From NCBI GenBank assembly GCA_041651035.1, contig JBAZKC010000002.1, positions 269,606 through 333,605 of the forward strand: a stretch of 64,000 bases of DNA, read 5' to 3'. Below are positions 27,373 to 36,350 of the stretch, piece after piece; position 1 is the first letter of the stretch, and each line of letters starts with the position of its first letter. The stretch comes from Candidatus Omnitrophota bacterium (GTDB taxonomy: Bacteria; Omnitrophota; Gorgyraeia; Gygaellales; Profunditerraquicolaceae). Made by a program: the position numbers and the translations under genes. The notes beneath the pieces are model-generated. The model did not search any database, was not told the DNA's origin, and saw nothing but the letters and a program-made list of their open reading frames with translations.

Positions 27373-28662
27373 TTATTTTAATGCTTCCTGTATCGATTCG
27401 GACAATGTCGGGTGGGCAAATATGGTGTCGCGAATTCCAGAAATCTTCAAGCGCGAGGAAACAGCCAAGGCCAAGACAGCGATTAATTCTGTTGCCCGCG
27501 GCCCGATTATTGAGGCGCCTAACACTTCTTGCGTCTTGCTATGGGAGATTATCTTAATAAAACCCTCTGTTTCATCCAATATGCGGGCCATGCTGGAACC
27601 CATAAAATCGAATTTATTTATTTTTATATCTACGGCTCTGCGCCTGGCCTCTTGTTCATTTAAGCCTACGCTGGCAATTTCCGGATCGCAAAAAATGCAG
27701 CTGGGGATATTTATGTTGTCAGCACTCTTAAGATTATCAGGATCAATGATATTCTCTGCCGCGATCTTCCCTTGATAGGCGGCAAAATGCGCCAGGCAAA
27801 GCTTACCCGTATTGTCGCCAGCCGCGTAGATATTATCCACGCTCGTTTTAAGGTATTCATTTACTACGATCCTGCCCTTATCCAAGCTTACCCCTATTTT
27901 TTCTAACCCCAGGCCTTCTGTCTCCGGCACTCTGCCGACACAGACTAACTTCAAGGCGTAATCTTCTAAATTTATACCGGCAACATCGGTATTGGTATTT
28001 ACCCTGATACCTCTTTTCTTAAAAATGCTTTCTATTTTCCTGGCGATCTCAGTGTCTTCTTGCGGAAGCAGCTGGGGCATTTTTTCCGCTATGGTCACCT
28101 GAGCCCCCAGGCAGGAAAATAAGCTGGCAAATTCACAGCCTATCACCCCTCCGCCTATGATCAAAAGCGAATCCGGTATTTCTTTTATATTTAAAATATC
28201 GTCGCTGGAAACAATATCCTTAGAATTGAATTGAACCGCGGCAAGCTCGGCGGGCTTGGAACCCGTAGCGATAATTATGTTCTTCGTCTTTATGATCCGG
28301 CCATCCGCTTCTATCTCTTGATTAGAGAGGATCCGGGCTTCTGTATTCAGGAAATCTACGCCTTTTAACATGCCCTGCGCGCCTTGACGCAGCTGCCTGA
28401 TAACAGCGTCTTTTCTCTCCTGGACTTTAATGAAATTTATTTTGGGCTCCGCGGCTTCCAGGCCGAATTTCTGGGATTTCCTGGCCAGCGCGTATACTTT
28501 CGCGGAATGAATTAATGTCTTGGTGGGTATACATCCTAAGTTCAGGCAGGCGCCGCCGATATGAGCTCTTTCAATTAAGCAGACTTTTAAACCTGATTTA
28601 TTTGCTCTTATGGCAGCGTTAAGCCCTGCCCAGCCAGAACCTATAATTGACAAATCATACAT
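27373..28662 (-). CDS. lpdA: Dihydrolipoyl dehydrogenase (E3, short form)
   Basis: N-terminal FAD-binding GSGWAGLNAA, the redox-active disulfide GGACLNLGCIPTK, and a C-terminal dimerisation HP motif (AHPTLSE). Confidence 0.85.
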   Translation of the reverse strand: MYDLSIIGSGWAGLNAAIRANKSGLKVCLIERAHIGGACLNLGCIPTKTLIHSAKVYALARKSQKFGLEAAEPKINFIKVQERKDAVIRQLRQGAQGMLKGVDFLNTEARILSNQEIEADGRIIKTKNIIIATGSKPAELAAVQFNSKDIVSSDDILNIKEIPDSLLIIGGGVIGCEFASLFSCLGAQVTIAEKMPQLLPQEDTEIARKIESIFKKRGIRVNTNTDVAGINLEDYALKLVCVGRVPETEGLGLEKIGVSLDKGRIVVNEYLKTSVDNIYAAGDNTGKLCLAHFAAYQGKIAAENIIDPDNLKSADNINIPSCIFCDPEIASVGLNEQEARRRAVDIKINKFDFMGSSMARILDETEGFIKIISHSKTQEVLGASIIGPRATELIAVLALAVSSRLKISGIRDTIFAHPTLSESIQEALK

Positions 28663-28667
28663 AATTT

Positions 28668-29597
28668 TTATCGGGAGACGGAAGTGTAGGTAAAGATAAG
28701 GTTACGGATATGTTCAGCGGATTTAATTAATTTCTCTTTTTCCTCTTTGCTTAAATCCAATTCCACGATCTTTTCAATCCCCTCCCTGCCTAAACGGCAA
28801 GGAACGCCTATACAGACATCCTTTATCCCGTATTCTCCGTTTAAATACGCGCATACCCCAATAGTTCGCTTTTCATCTTTGGCAATGGCCTTGACGATCT
28901 GGGTAATCGCTGCCGAAGGCGCGAAATAAGCGCTGCCGCTTCCCAATAACGATACGATCTCCAAACCCCTGTTCAAAGTCTTATTTACCAAAAGGCCTAT
29001 TTTATTATCATCAAGAAATTCGCTCAACGCGACGCCTTTTATATTAGTAAGCCCGGGCAAAGGCAGCATCCCTTCGCCGTGGCTGCCGATCACGTAAGCT
29101 TCAATATCAACAGGAGGAATATTTAACTCCCGGCTTATGGCATTCGCGAACCTCGCCGCATCCAAGCTAACACCCATACCAAAAACTTTCGCAGGATCAA
29201 AGCCAGTCGCCTTTAAAGCAAAGTAGGTCATCAAGTCCAGCGGATTCGTAACTACTATAACGATAGAATGAGGCGCTGATTTCTTTATATTAAGGCAGGT
29301 ATCTTTAAGTATCCGCGCGTTCTTATCTAACAGTTCTTCACGGCTCATTCCCGGTTTACGCGTAAGGCCGGCGGTAATTACAACAATATCCGAATCCTTT
29401 ATTTGATCAATATCGTCTGTGCCTGTGATGTGGTAATCGCGCTTTAAAATCTGACGGGCATCTTCTAAGTCAAGGGCTTTACCTTGCGCCAATCCTTTTA
29501 CTATGTCCACCAGGACAATATCGCCAAGGCCTTCCTGAGCTATCCGCATCGCTGCCAGGCTGCCGACGTTTCCCGCGCCGATTACACTTATCTTCAT
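28668..29597 (-). CDS. mdh: Malate dehydrogenase (LDH-like type)
   Basis: [13 protein letters not shown]... Rossmann motif with full-length LDH/MDH similarity. The start is taken at the internal Met; the 32-aa extension in the ORF track is implausible. Confidence 0.8.
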   Translation of the reverse strand: MKISVIGAGNVGSLAAMRIAQEGLGDIVLVDIVKGLAQGKALDLEDARQILKRDYHITGTDDIDQIKDSDIVVITAGLTRKPGMSREELLDKNARILKDTCLNIKKSAPHSIVIVVTNPLDLMTYFALKATGFDPAKVFGMGVSLDAARFANAISRELNIPPVDIEAYVIGSHGEGMLPLPGLTNIKGVALSEFLDDNKIGLLVNKTLNRGLEIVSLLGSGSAYFAPSAAITQIVKAIAKDEKRTIGVCAYLNGEYGIKDVCIGVPCRLGREGIEKIVELDLSKEEKEKLIKSAEHIRNLIFTYTSVSR

Positions 29598-29613
29598 TTT
29601 ATTTCCTTTTTTT

Positions 29614-29649
29614 GGGGACAGGTCTCCGATTGGCTCAAGAAACGTCCCC
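29614..29649. other. Imperfect stem-loop in the icd-mdh spacer (GGGGAC...GTCCCC ends), a degenerate relative of the GGGGACGGTTCT hairpins
   Basis: Read directly. On the minus strand it is followed by an A-run rather than a U-run, so it is not a canonical terminator in that orientation. Confidence 0.3.
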
Positions 29650-29658
29650 TGATTGGGT

Positions 29659-30750
29659 TTAGAAACGGTCCTTGAGTTTAAAGATGATGGCATCTGCCAT
29701 TTCTTTAGTCCCTACCGCAGTCCGGTCGCTGGGGTCTGATTTTAAATCGTAAGTTACGGCCTTACCTTCAGCAATAACTTCGCGGACCGCGTTTTCCAGC
29801 TGCTGCGCGGCTTTATTTTCATTTATGTATTCAAGCATTAGGACCCCTGAGAGGATCATCGCGGTGGGATTAACTTTGTTTAGGCCTTTGTATTTTGGCG
29901 CTGAACCGTGCACTGCCTCAAATACCGCCATATCGTCTCCGATATTCGCTCCGGGAGTAACTCCCAGCCCCCCTACAAGGCCCGCGCATAGATCAGAAAC
30001 TATATCCCCATAGAGGTTAGGCAGGAGAAGAATATCAAAATTCCTTGGTTTTTGCACCAATTGCATCGCCATATTATCTACAAGAGCCTCTTCGAAGATC
30101 ACTCTGCCCTCGTATTTTTTGGCTATTTCACGGGCGGCCTTTAAGAACAACCCGTCGGTAAACTTCATAATGTTTGCCTTAGTTACCACAGTGACTTTCT
30201 TACGATCATGCTTTAGCGCGTATTCAAAGGCAAACTCGGTGATCCTGTAAGAGGCGTATTTAGAAATGGGTTTTATAGAGATGCCTGAGTCGGGGCGGAT
30301 CTTCTTCTTCGTGTCTTTTTCTATTTGCGCGATCAATGACCTTGTTTCAGGTGACCCTTCTTCAAATTCTATCCCCGCGTATAAGTCTTCGCTATTTTCC
30401 CTGACAATAACTAAGTCTATGTCTTTATAATAAGACCTTACTCCCGGATAATATTTGGCGGGCCTTACGCAGGCATACAGGTCTAAAGCCTGCCTTATGG
30501 CTACATTCACCGAACGAAAACCCTCTCCGATGGGAGTAATAATCGGGCCTTTTAAAGCGACTTTATTCCTTTTGACGGATTTCAGGACATCTTCGGGAAG
30601 AATATTGCCGGTTTTTTCCCAGGCGCTAAGCCCGGCATTAACCTCTTCCCATTCTATCTTGACTCCGGTAGCCTCAACGCACCTTCTTGCCGCTTCAGTT
30701 ACTTCCGGGCCGATCCCATCGCCAGGTATCAAAGTAATCTTATGTGTCAT
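29659..30750 (-). CDS. icd: NAD-dependent isocitrate/homoisocitrate dehydrogenase-like enzyme (isocitrate/isopropylmalate dehydrogenase family)
   Basis: Starts ITLIPGDGIGPEV. The motif NLYGDIVSDLCAGLVGGLGVTPGANIG matches the NAD-IDH/HICDH subgroup rather than IPMDH (NLFGDILSDEAS). Confidence 0.7.
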   Translation of the reverse strand: MTHKITLIPGDGIGPEVTEAARRCVEATGVKIEWEEVNAGLSAWEKTGNILPEDVLKSVKRNKVALKGPIITPIGEGFRSVNVAIRQALDLYACVRPAKYYPGVRSYYKDIDLVIVRENSEDLYAGIEFEEGSPETRSLIAQIEKDTKKKIRPDSGISIKPISKYASYRITEFAFEYALKHDRKKVTVVTKANIMKFTDGLFLKAAREIAKKYEGRVIFEEALVDNMAMQLVQKPRNFDILLLPNLYGDIVSDLCAGLVGGLGVTPGANIGDDMAVFEAVHGSAPKYKGLNKVNPTAMILSGVLMLEYINENKAAQQLENAVREVIAEGKAVTYDLKSDPSDRTAVGTKEMADAIIFKLKDRF

Positions 30751-30764
30751 GCGCGTTTAAATAT

Positions 30765-31268
30765 TTAGACTTTCGGCAGCCTGTTATATTTCTTGATATA
30801 AGCGACTATCCCGCCTGCTTTTAATAATTCTTGCATAAAATCCGGGAAAGGGTTGATCTTGAGTTCTATATTCTTGGTTAAGTCCCTAACCACTCCTTTA
30901 TCCAGGTCTATATCCAGAGAGTCCGATTCTCCGATCTTATCCGTATCCGTCTCGATTAAAGGCAGCCCTATATTAAAAGCGTTACGGTAGAATATCCGGG
31001 CGAATGTCTTAGCCGCGATCGCCACGATCCCGGCTTCTTTTATTACCAAAGGGGCCTGTTCACGCGAAGAACCCATGCCAAAATTACTGCCCGCGACTAT
31101 GATCGACCGGCCGGGGATTATCTTCGTATGGAAACTCGGGTCTATATCTTCCATGATATGTTTGGATAATTCCTTCATATCCGTGATCGAGAATTTATAC
31201 CTGCCGGAAATAATCAGGTCCGTATTTATATTATCGCCTAGCTTTATGGAATTACCTTTTATCTTCAA
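30765..31268 (-). CDS. leuD: Aconitase-family small subunit (LeuD-like, archaeal short type)
   Basis: Short 167-aa LeuD/HACN small-subunit pattern: GDNINTDLIISGRY..., GSNFGMGSSREQAP. Confidence 0.75.
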   Translation of the reverse strand: MKIKGNSIKLGDNINTDLIISGRYKFSITDMKELSKHIMEDIDPSFHTKIIPGRSIIVAGSNFGMGSSREQAPLVIKEAGIVAIAAKTFARIFYRNAFNIGLPLIETDTDKIGESDSLDIDLDKGVVRDLTKNIELKINPFPDFMQELLKAGGIVAYIKKYNRLPKV

Positions 31269-31289
31269 CAGCGCACCTTCTTTTAGAGT

Positions 31290-32336
31290 TTATAACTGTT
31301 TAAATTCCTCGATGTTCTTTACTTTAGACATGGCTACATCTAAAGTGATATGCCCGCTATGGGTTAATTCCTTTAAGCACTTATCCATCGTCTTCATCCC
31401 ATACTGAGCGCCTGTCTGCATGAGAGTGGGTATTTGCTCTATCTCCTGTTCACGAATAAGGTTCCTGACCCCGGGAGTTCCCAGCATTATTTCAGTGGCA
31501 AGCACGCGGCCTTTGCCGGAGGAATGAGGAAGCAATAATTGCGAGATCACCCCCTGCAAAGAATCCGCCAGCTGCAGCTTCACTTGCTGCTGCTGATGAG
31601 ACGGAAATACGTCTATGATCCTCTCGATAGTCTGGGGCGCGTCAGGAGTATGCAGGGTCGCTAATACCAGATGGCCGGTTTCTGCCGCCGTAAGCGCGGT
31701 AGATATGGTCTCTAAATCGCGCATTTCTCCTACCACTATGACATTGGGATCCTGCCTTAAGGCATGCCTTAAGGATTCAGCGAAACTGCGGGTATCCGAA
31801 TATACCTCTCTTTGTTTAATAATGCTTTTTTTGTTAGAAAATATAAACTCAATGGGATCCTCTATGGATATGATCAGGCATTCTCTTTCATTGTTAATAA
31901 GGTTGATCATGGCTGCTAAGGTCGTAGTTTTTCCCATGCCTGTCGGCCCGGTAACCAGGACCAGGCCGTTAGGTTTACGCGCGAGTTCCATAGCCACGCC
32001 GGGCAAACCGAGGTCTTCAAGGGTGGGGATATTCAAGGGAATGCGCCTGAAGGCCGCTTCTACCGAGCCTTTTTGGATATGGACATTTACGCGGAACCTG
32101 TCTAAACTGGGGAGCGCTAGAGAAAAATCCAATTCTAATTCCCTTTCAAATAATTCTTTCTGCTGGTTAGTCAAGACAGCATAGATCATTATCTTTAAGT
32201 CCTGCTTGGTAAGGCGCGGCAGGTCGGTACGGAACAATTTCCCGTCGACACGCAATATCGGAGGTTCATTCTCAGTAACGTGCAGATCAGAGGCGGATTT
32301 TTCAACGCACAATAAAAGTAAATCCCGTATTTCCAT
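31290..32336 (-). CDS. pilT: Type IV pilus retraction ATPase PilT
   Basis: Walker A GPTGMGKTT, Asp box, Walker B VIVVGEMRD, and a His box (TLHT). It is full-length PilT-like, and has the AIRNLIRE-like motif (GVRNLIRE). Confidence 0.85.
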   Translation of the reverse strand: MEIRDLLLLCVEKSASDLHVTENEPPILRVDGKLFRTDLPRLTKQDLKIMIYAVLTNQQKELFERELELDFSLALPSLDRFRVNVHIQKGSVEAAFRRIPLNIPTLEDLGLPGVAMELARKPNGLVLVTGPTGMGKTTTLAAMINLINNERECLIISIEDPIEFIFSNKKSIIKQREVYSDTRSFAESLRHALRQDPNVIVVGEMRDLETISTALTAAETGHLVLATLHTPDAPQTIERIIDVFPSHQQQQVKLQLADSLQGVISQLLLPHSSGKGRVLATEIMLGTPGVRNLIREQEIEQIPTLMQTGAQYGMKTMDKCLKELTHSGHITLDVAMSKVKNIEEFKQL

Positions 32337-32351
32337 TTAAAACCCCCTTGA

Positions 32352-33605
32352 TTATAAGTAATCCCTCGGGTCGGTGATAAAACCCTTAACCGCTGAAGCG
32401 GTAACTGTTGCCGGTGAAGCCAGGTAAATAAAGGCGTTGGGGTTGCCCATTCTGCCCTTAAAATTCCTGTTAGCGGAAGATATAACTATTTCTCCATCGG
32501 CGGGGATACCGTTATGCGTGCCTACGCAAGGGCCGCATCCGGGAGCGACAATTACAGCGCCGGCCTTAACAAATATATCTACCAGTCCCAGGTCTAAAGC
32601 GCTCAAGAATATTTCCCGGGAACTGGGCGCGATAATAAACTTTACTTCCGCAGACACCTTCCTTGATTTTAATATAGTGGCCGCGGCTTTAAGATCGCTT
32701 AACCTGCCATTAGTGCATGTGCCTAAGAACGCTTCATTTATCCTGATGTTCTTTAATTCGCCGGCAGAAGTCACGTTATCTACACTATGAGGCATGGCAA
32801 CCTGCGGTTTAAGCCTGGAGATATCGAACTCCAGGACTTTTTTATACTTCGCGTTCCTGCCTGCTTTAACAGGCAATATCTCTTTATCACGGGGAACCCT
32901 CTGCCTTAACCAATCAACCGTCTTCTTATCTTGCGGCATAAACCCGGCCTTTGCTCCCATTTCTACTACCATATTGCATATGGTAAAACGCCCGTCCATA
33001 TCCAGTTTATCAATAACCGGGCCCTGAAATTCCACGGCTTCATATGTAACACCATCAGACCTTATCTTCTTAATAATATATAATATGATGTCTTTGGCAA
33101 ATATGCCCTTGGGTATTTTCCCGCTTACTATTATTTTAACCGTCTCCGGCACCCTGAACCAATTCTTTCCCGTAGCCAGGCTAACAGCTATATCAGTAGA
33201 ACCTACGCCCGTGGAGAAGGCGCCCAACGCGCCATAGGTACAGGTATGGGAATCCGCTCCTAAAACCAGGTCTCCGGGCAGGATTTGGCCTGAGGCGGGA
33301 ATTACCTGATGGCAGACGCCGCATCCCACATCAAAAAGCCTGGTCTTGTATTCCTGGCTAAAATCACGCATTTTTTTATGCACCCGGGAAACACCAAGAT
33401 TTGGCGAAGGAGCGCTGTGGTCAATAACCATGCAAAACTTAGCCCTTAACTTCCCCGCGCCGAGCTCTTTTATCCTGTCTATAATAATAGGGGATGTCCC
33501 GTCCTGGCCGAAAGTAAAATCAACCTTACATATAGCGAAATCTCCCGCCTTAAGGTCCCTTAAGGCGTGCGCGCTTAATATTTTTTCAGCAATCGTTTTA
33601 TCCAT
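32352..33605 (-). CDS. leuC: Aconitase-family large subunit (LeuC-like, archaeal short type; 3-isopropylmalate dehydratase or homoaconitase)
   Basis: The 417-aa ORF has Fe-S ligand cysteines in CGPCVG-type motifs and the AEKIL N-terminus typical of LeuC/HACN large subunits. Confidence 0.75.
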   Translation of the reverse strand: MDKTIAEKILSAHALRDLKAGDFAICKVDFTFGQDGTSPIIIDRIKELGAGKLRAKFCMVIDHSAPSPNLGVSRVHKKMRDFSQEYKTRLFDVGCGVCHQVIPASGQILPGDLVLGADSHTCTYGALGAFSTGVGSTDIAVSLATGKNWFRVPETVKIIVSGKIPKGIFAKDIILYIIKKIRSDGVTYEAVEFQGPVIDKLDMDGRFTICNMVVEMGAKAGFMPQDKKTVDWLRQRVPRDKEILPVKAGRNAKYKKVLEFDISRLKPQVAMPHSVDNVTSAGELKNIRINEAFLGTCTNGRLSDLKAAATILKSRKVSAEVKFIIAPSSREIFLSALDLGLVDIFVKAGAVIVAPGCGPCVGTHNGIPADGEIVISSANRNFKGRMGNPNAFIYLASPATVTASAVKGFITDPRDYL

Positions 33606-34776
33606 TCTTAGTAAGCCAGGCCTCCAGCCTATTCATGCCTTTTTCTAATTGCTCTAAATTGGTCGCGAAGCTGATACGCACGTAATTATCCATGCCAAAA
33701 CCTTTTCCCGGAATAAGGCTGGTATAGGTTTCCTGGAGCAGCCGCTCCGCGAAGCTGACTGAATCAAGGCCGGTTTTAGAGATATCGCAGAAAATATAAA
33801 ATGCTCCTTGCGGCCGGAAATAACTTATTTTTTTCATCCCCCCAAGCCTTAAAATACAATAATCCCTTCTCTTCTCAAACTCCCGGCATATCTTCCTGGA
33901 AAAATCATCCGGCGCGCTTAAAGCCGCCACTGCCGCCTTCTGGCTGATAGAAGCAGGGTTGGATGTAGAGTGATCCTGGATCTTGGTTATCGCTTCAGCT
34001 ATATCCGGCGGCGCCCCCAGATACCCGATACGCCAGCCAGTCATAGAGAAACTTTTAGACACGCCGTTAACAGTAATAGTCTGCGCGTATATATCTTTAT
34101 TAATACTGGCGATAGAGACATGCCTGGTGTTATCATAGATAATTTTCTCGTAGATCTCATCACTGATCACAAAGATATCCTTTGCCACGCAGATCCGGGC
34201 TATCCGGCTTAACTCATCTAAGCTGTATACGCAACCTGTAGGATTAGACGGGCTATTTAAGATAAGCGCCTTTGTCCGGGAATTAATATGGCTTTCTAAG
34301 TCATTAACCGTGATCTTAAAATTATTTTCCGGGGAGGTTGGAATGAAACGCGCCCTGCCCTCGCAGAGGCTTACCATTTCAGGGTAGCTTACCCAATACG
34401 GGGAAGGTATCAATACTTCGTCTTGCCGGTTGAGCAAAGCGAACAACGCGTTGAACACGCTGTGTTTGGCTCCGCAGGAAACAATTATTTGCTCGGGGGA
34501 ATATTCTAAGGAATTATCTTTCTTGAACTTCTCACAGACCAGCTTCTTTAATTCCGGGATACCCGTGGTAGGCGTATACTTGGTAAATCCGTTCTTGATC
34601 GCTTCTTGCGCGGAATCTTTTATAAAATCCGGGGTATCAAAATCAGGCTCACCCGCGGCAAGGTTTACTATATCCACGCCTTCAGATTTTAACCTTTTAG
34701 CCTTTGAGGTTATAGCCAGGGTCAAAGAAGGATGTATATTTATTAAGCGTTCGGCTATCCTGGTTTTTCTGGGCAT
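33598..34776 (-). CDS. Class I pyridoxal-phosphate aminotransferase (aspartate aminotransferase family)
   Basis: LAAGEPDFDTP... fits the AAT class I fold. The PLP-lysine region is SKSFSMTGWRIGY. Confidence 0.8.
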   Translation of the reverse strand: MPRKTRIAERLINIHPSLTLAITSKAKRLKSEGVDIVNLAAGEPDFDTPDFIKDSAQEAIKNGFTKYTPTTGIPELKKLVCEKFKKDNSLEYSPEQIIVSCGAKHSVFNALFALLNRQDEVLIPSPYWVSYPEMVSLCEGRARFIPTSPENNFKITVNDLESHINSRTKALILNSPSNPTGCVYSLDELSRIARICVAKDIFVISDEIYEKIIYDNTRHVSIASINKDIYAQTITVNGVSKSFSMTGWRIGYLGAPPDIAEAITKIQDHSTSNPASISQKAAVAALSAPDDFSRKICREFEKRRDYCILRLGGMKKISYFRPQGAFYIFCDISKTGLDSVSFAERLLQETYTSLIPGKGFGMDNYVRISFATNLEQLEKGMNRLEAWLTKNG

Positions 34777-34791
34777 CGGGATAGTATGGCG

Positions 34792-35325
34792 TTATAGAGA
34801 ATCCCTTTCTTTTTTGAATATACCTCTTAATCCGCCGAGGAATTTCTTGGCGGGCTTCTTTCCAACCGGCGGCCTCTCTTTAACGGCCGCGGCTGTTTCA
34901 ATCTCTTTATGCTCTTCAGGCCTGGCTTCAGATTTAATCTCTTTTTTAGGCTTTGTGGTTTCCTTTTCTTTTATCTGCGTAAGTTCAAAGATCACCATCC
35001 GCGCGTCATCGCCCCGCCTATTACCCAAGTTGATAATTCTGGTATACCCGCCCTGGATCTTGGCAAAACGCGGGCCTATTTCACTAAAGGCAAAACTCAC
35101 CAACTTATGGTCTCCTAATATCTTAAACGCTTCTCTTTTCGCGACAAGAGAATTTTTCTTGGTCAAAGAGATCAATTTCTCTATAAACGGTTTCGCGGCT
35201 TTTGCTCTATGCAGCGTAGTCTTAATACTTTGCTGTATGAGCAGGTTTTTCGTAAGGCTTATTATCGTGCTCTTACGCCAACTGGTAAAACGGTTTAGCT
35301 GTAATCTTGCTTTTTTATGCCTCAT
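34792..35325 (-). CDS. rplQ: 50S ribosomal protein L17 with a ~55-aa Lys/Glu/Pro-rich C-terminal extension
   Basis: The N-terminal 120 aa are canonical bL17 (MRHKKARLQLNRFTSWRKS...). The tail is KEKETTKPKKEIKSEARPEEHKEIETAAAVKERPPVGKKPAKK. Confidence 0.9.
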   Translation of the reverse strand: MRHKKARLQLNRFTSWRKSTIISLTKNLLIQQSIKTTLHRAKAAKPFIEKLISLTKKNSLVAKREAFKILGDHKLVSFAFSEIGPRFAKIQGGYTRIINLGNRRGDDARMVIFELTQIKEKETTKPKKEIKSEARPEEHKEIETAAAVKERPPVGKKPAKKFLGGLRGIFKKERDSL

Positions 35326-35329
35326 ATTT

Positions 35330-36322
35330 TTAAGCCTTTTTTAATTTTTTAGGATCTATCTGCATGCCTAAAGTTAATCCCATGCCCACAAGAAGCTCTT
35401 TTATTTCGGTCAGGGATTTTTTGCCAAAATTCTTAAAACCCAGCATTTCCTCTTCGCCTCTCTTTACCAGATCAGAGATGGTCTTGATATTTGCCTCTCT
35501 TAAACAATTCGAACTCCTTACCGATAATTCGAGTTCGGATATGGGCAGCCTCAATTTCTCATAGAGCGCTATTTCCTCTTTAGACATCTCCGGCTCTTCC
35601 TCCGCCGCGTCTTCCGGTAATTGCCCGAAATTGACAAAGATATCCAGATGCCTCTGTAAAATGTTGGAAGCGTAAAGCAGGGCGTCTTTAGGAGTTATTG
35701 ACCCATTGGTCTGTATCTCTAGCACCAATTTATCGTAATCGGTTCTTTGCCCAACGCGTGTATTCTCGACATAGAAATCAACTTTTTTAACAGGGGTGAA
35801 TATCGAGTCTATGGGGACCACCCCTATGACCTTGTCTTCTTTTTTGTTTAATTCCGCGGGTACATAACCCTTGCCCTTGGAAACTTCCATCTCCACATGG
35901 AACTTCGCATCTTTGGTTAAAGTAGCGATATGCAGGTCCGGATTGATTATTTCTATTGTTTCATCCACCTGTATATCTTTTGCCTTTACCTCGCCCTTGG
36001 AGTCGGCTTTTATATATATCGTCTTGGGTATCTTTGAATGTGAATTCAATACCAAAGATTTTATATTCAAGATTATTTCGGGTATATCCTCCAGCACCCC
36101 CGGTATCGTCGAGAATTCATGCTGGGCTCCGGATATCTTAACCGAAGTAACCGCGCTGCCTTCTATGGAAGAAAGTAAAACCCTTCTTAAAGAATTGCCT
36201 AAGGTAACCCCGTATCCTCTTTCAAAAGGAGCCGCGGAAAACTTACCGTAGGTATCGGTATAAGTGGACTCATCACATTCTAATCTCTTCGGGAATTGGA
36301 AATCACGCCATTTTATGCCCAT
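35330..36322 (-). CDS. rpoA: DNA-directed RNA polymerase alpha subunit
   Basis: Full-length RpoA with N-terminal and C-terminal (ELSVRSSNCLREANI) domains. Confidence 0.95.
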   Translation of the reverse strand: MGIKWRDFQFPKRLECDESTYTDTYGKFSAAPFERGYGVTLGNSLRRVLLSSIEGSAVTSVKISGAQHEFSTIPGVLEDIPEIILNIKSLVLNSHSKIPKTIYIKADSKGEVKAKDIQVDETIEIINPDLHIATLTKDAKFHVEMEVSKGKGYVPAELNKKEDKVIGVVPIDSIFTPVKKVDFYVENTRVGQRTDYDKLVLEIQTNGSITPKDALLYASNILQRHLDIFVNFGQLPEDAAEEEPEMSKEEIALYEKLRLPISELELSVRSSNCLREANIKTISDLVKRGEEEMLGFKNFGKKSLTEIKELLVGMGLTLGMQIDPKKLKKA

Positions 36323-36350
36323 CTATTTCCTCCTTAAGGGGTAAATTAAG

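Noticed and set aside
34430-35344. Largest plus-strand ORF (304 aa), antisense to the aminotransferase 5' end and all of rplQ
   Set aside because: Its composition is low-complexity and Ser/Phe/Leu-rich. It is fully antisense to two well-supported genes, and it has no recognisable motifs. Like all other plus-strand ORFs in the track (for example 55659-56174, 59120-59551, 50148-50741, 4781-5401), it is a shadow ORF of a densely coding minus strand.
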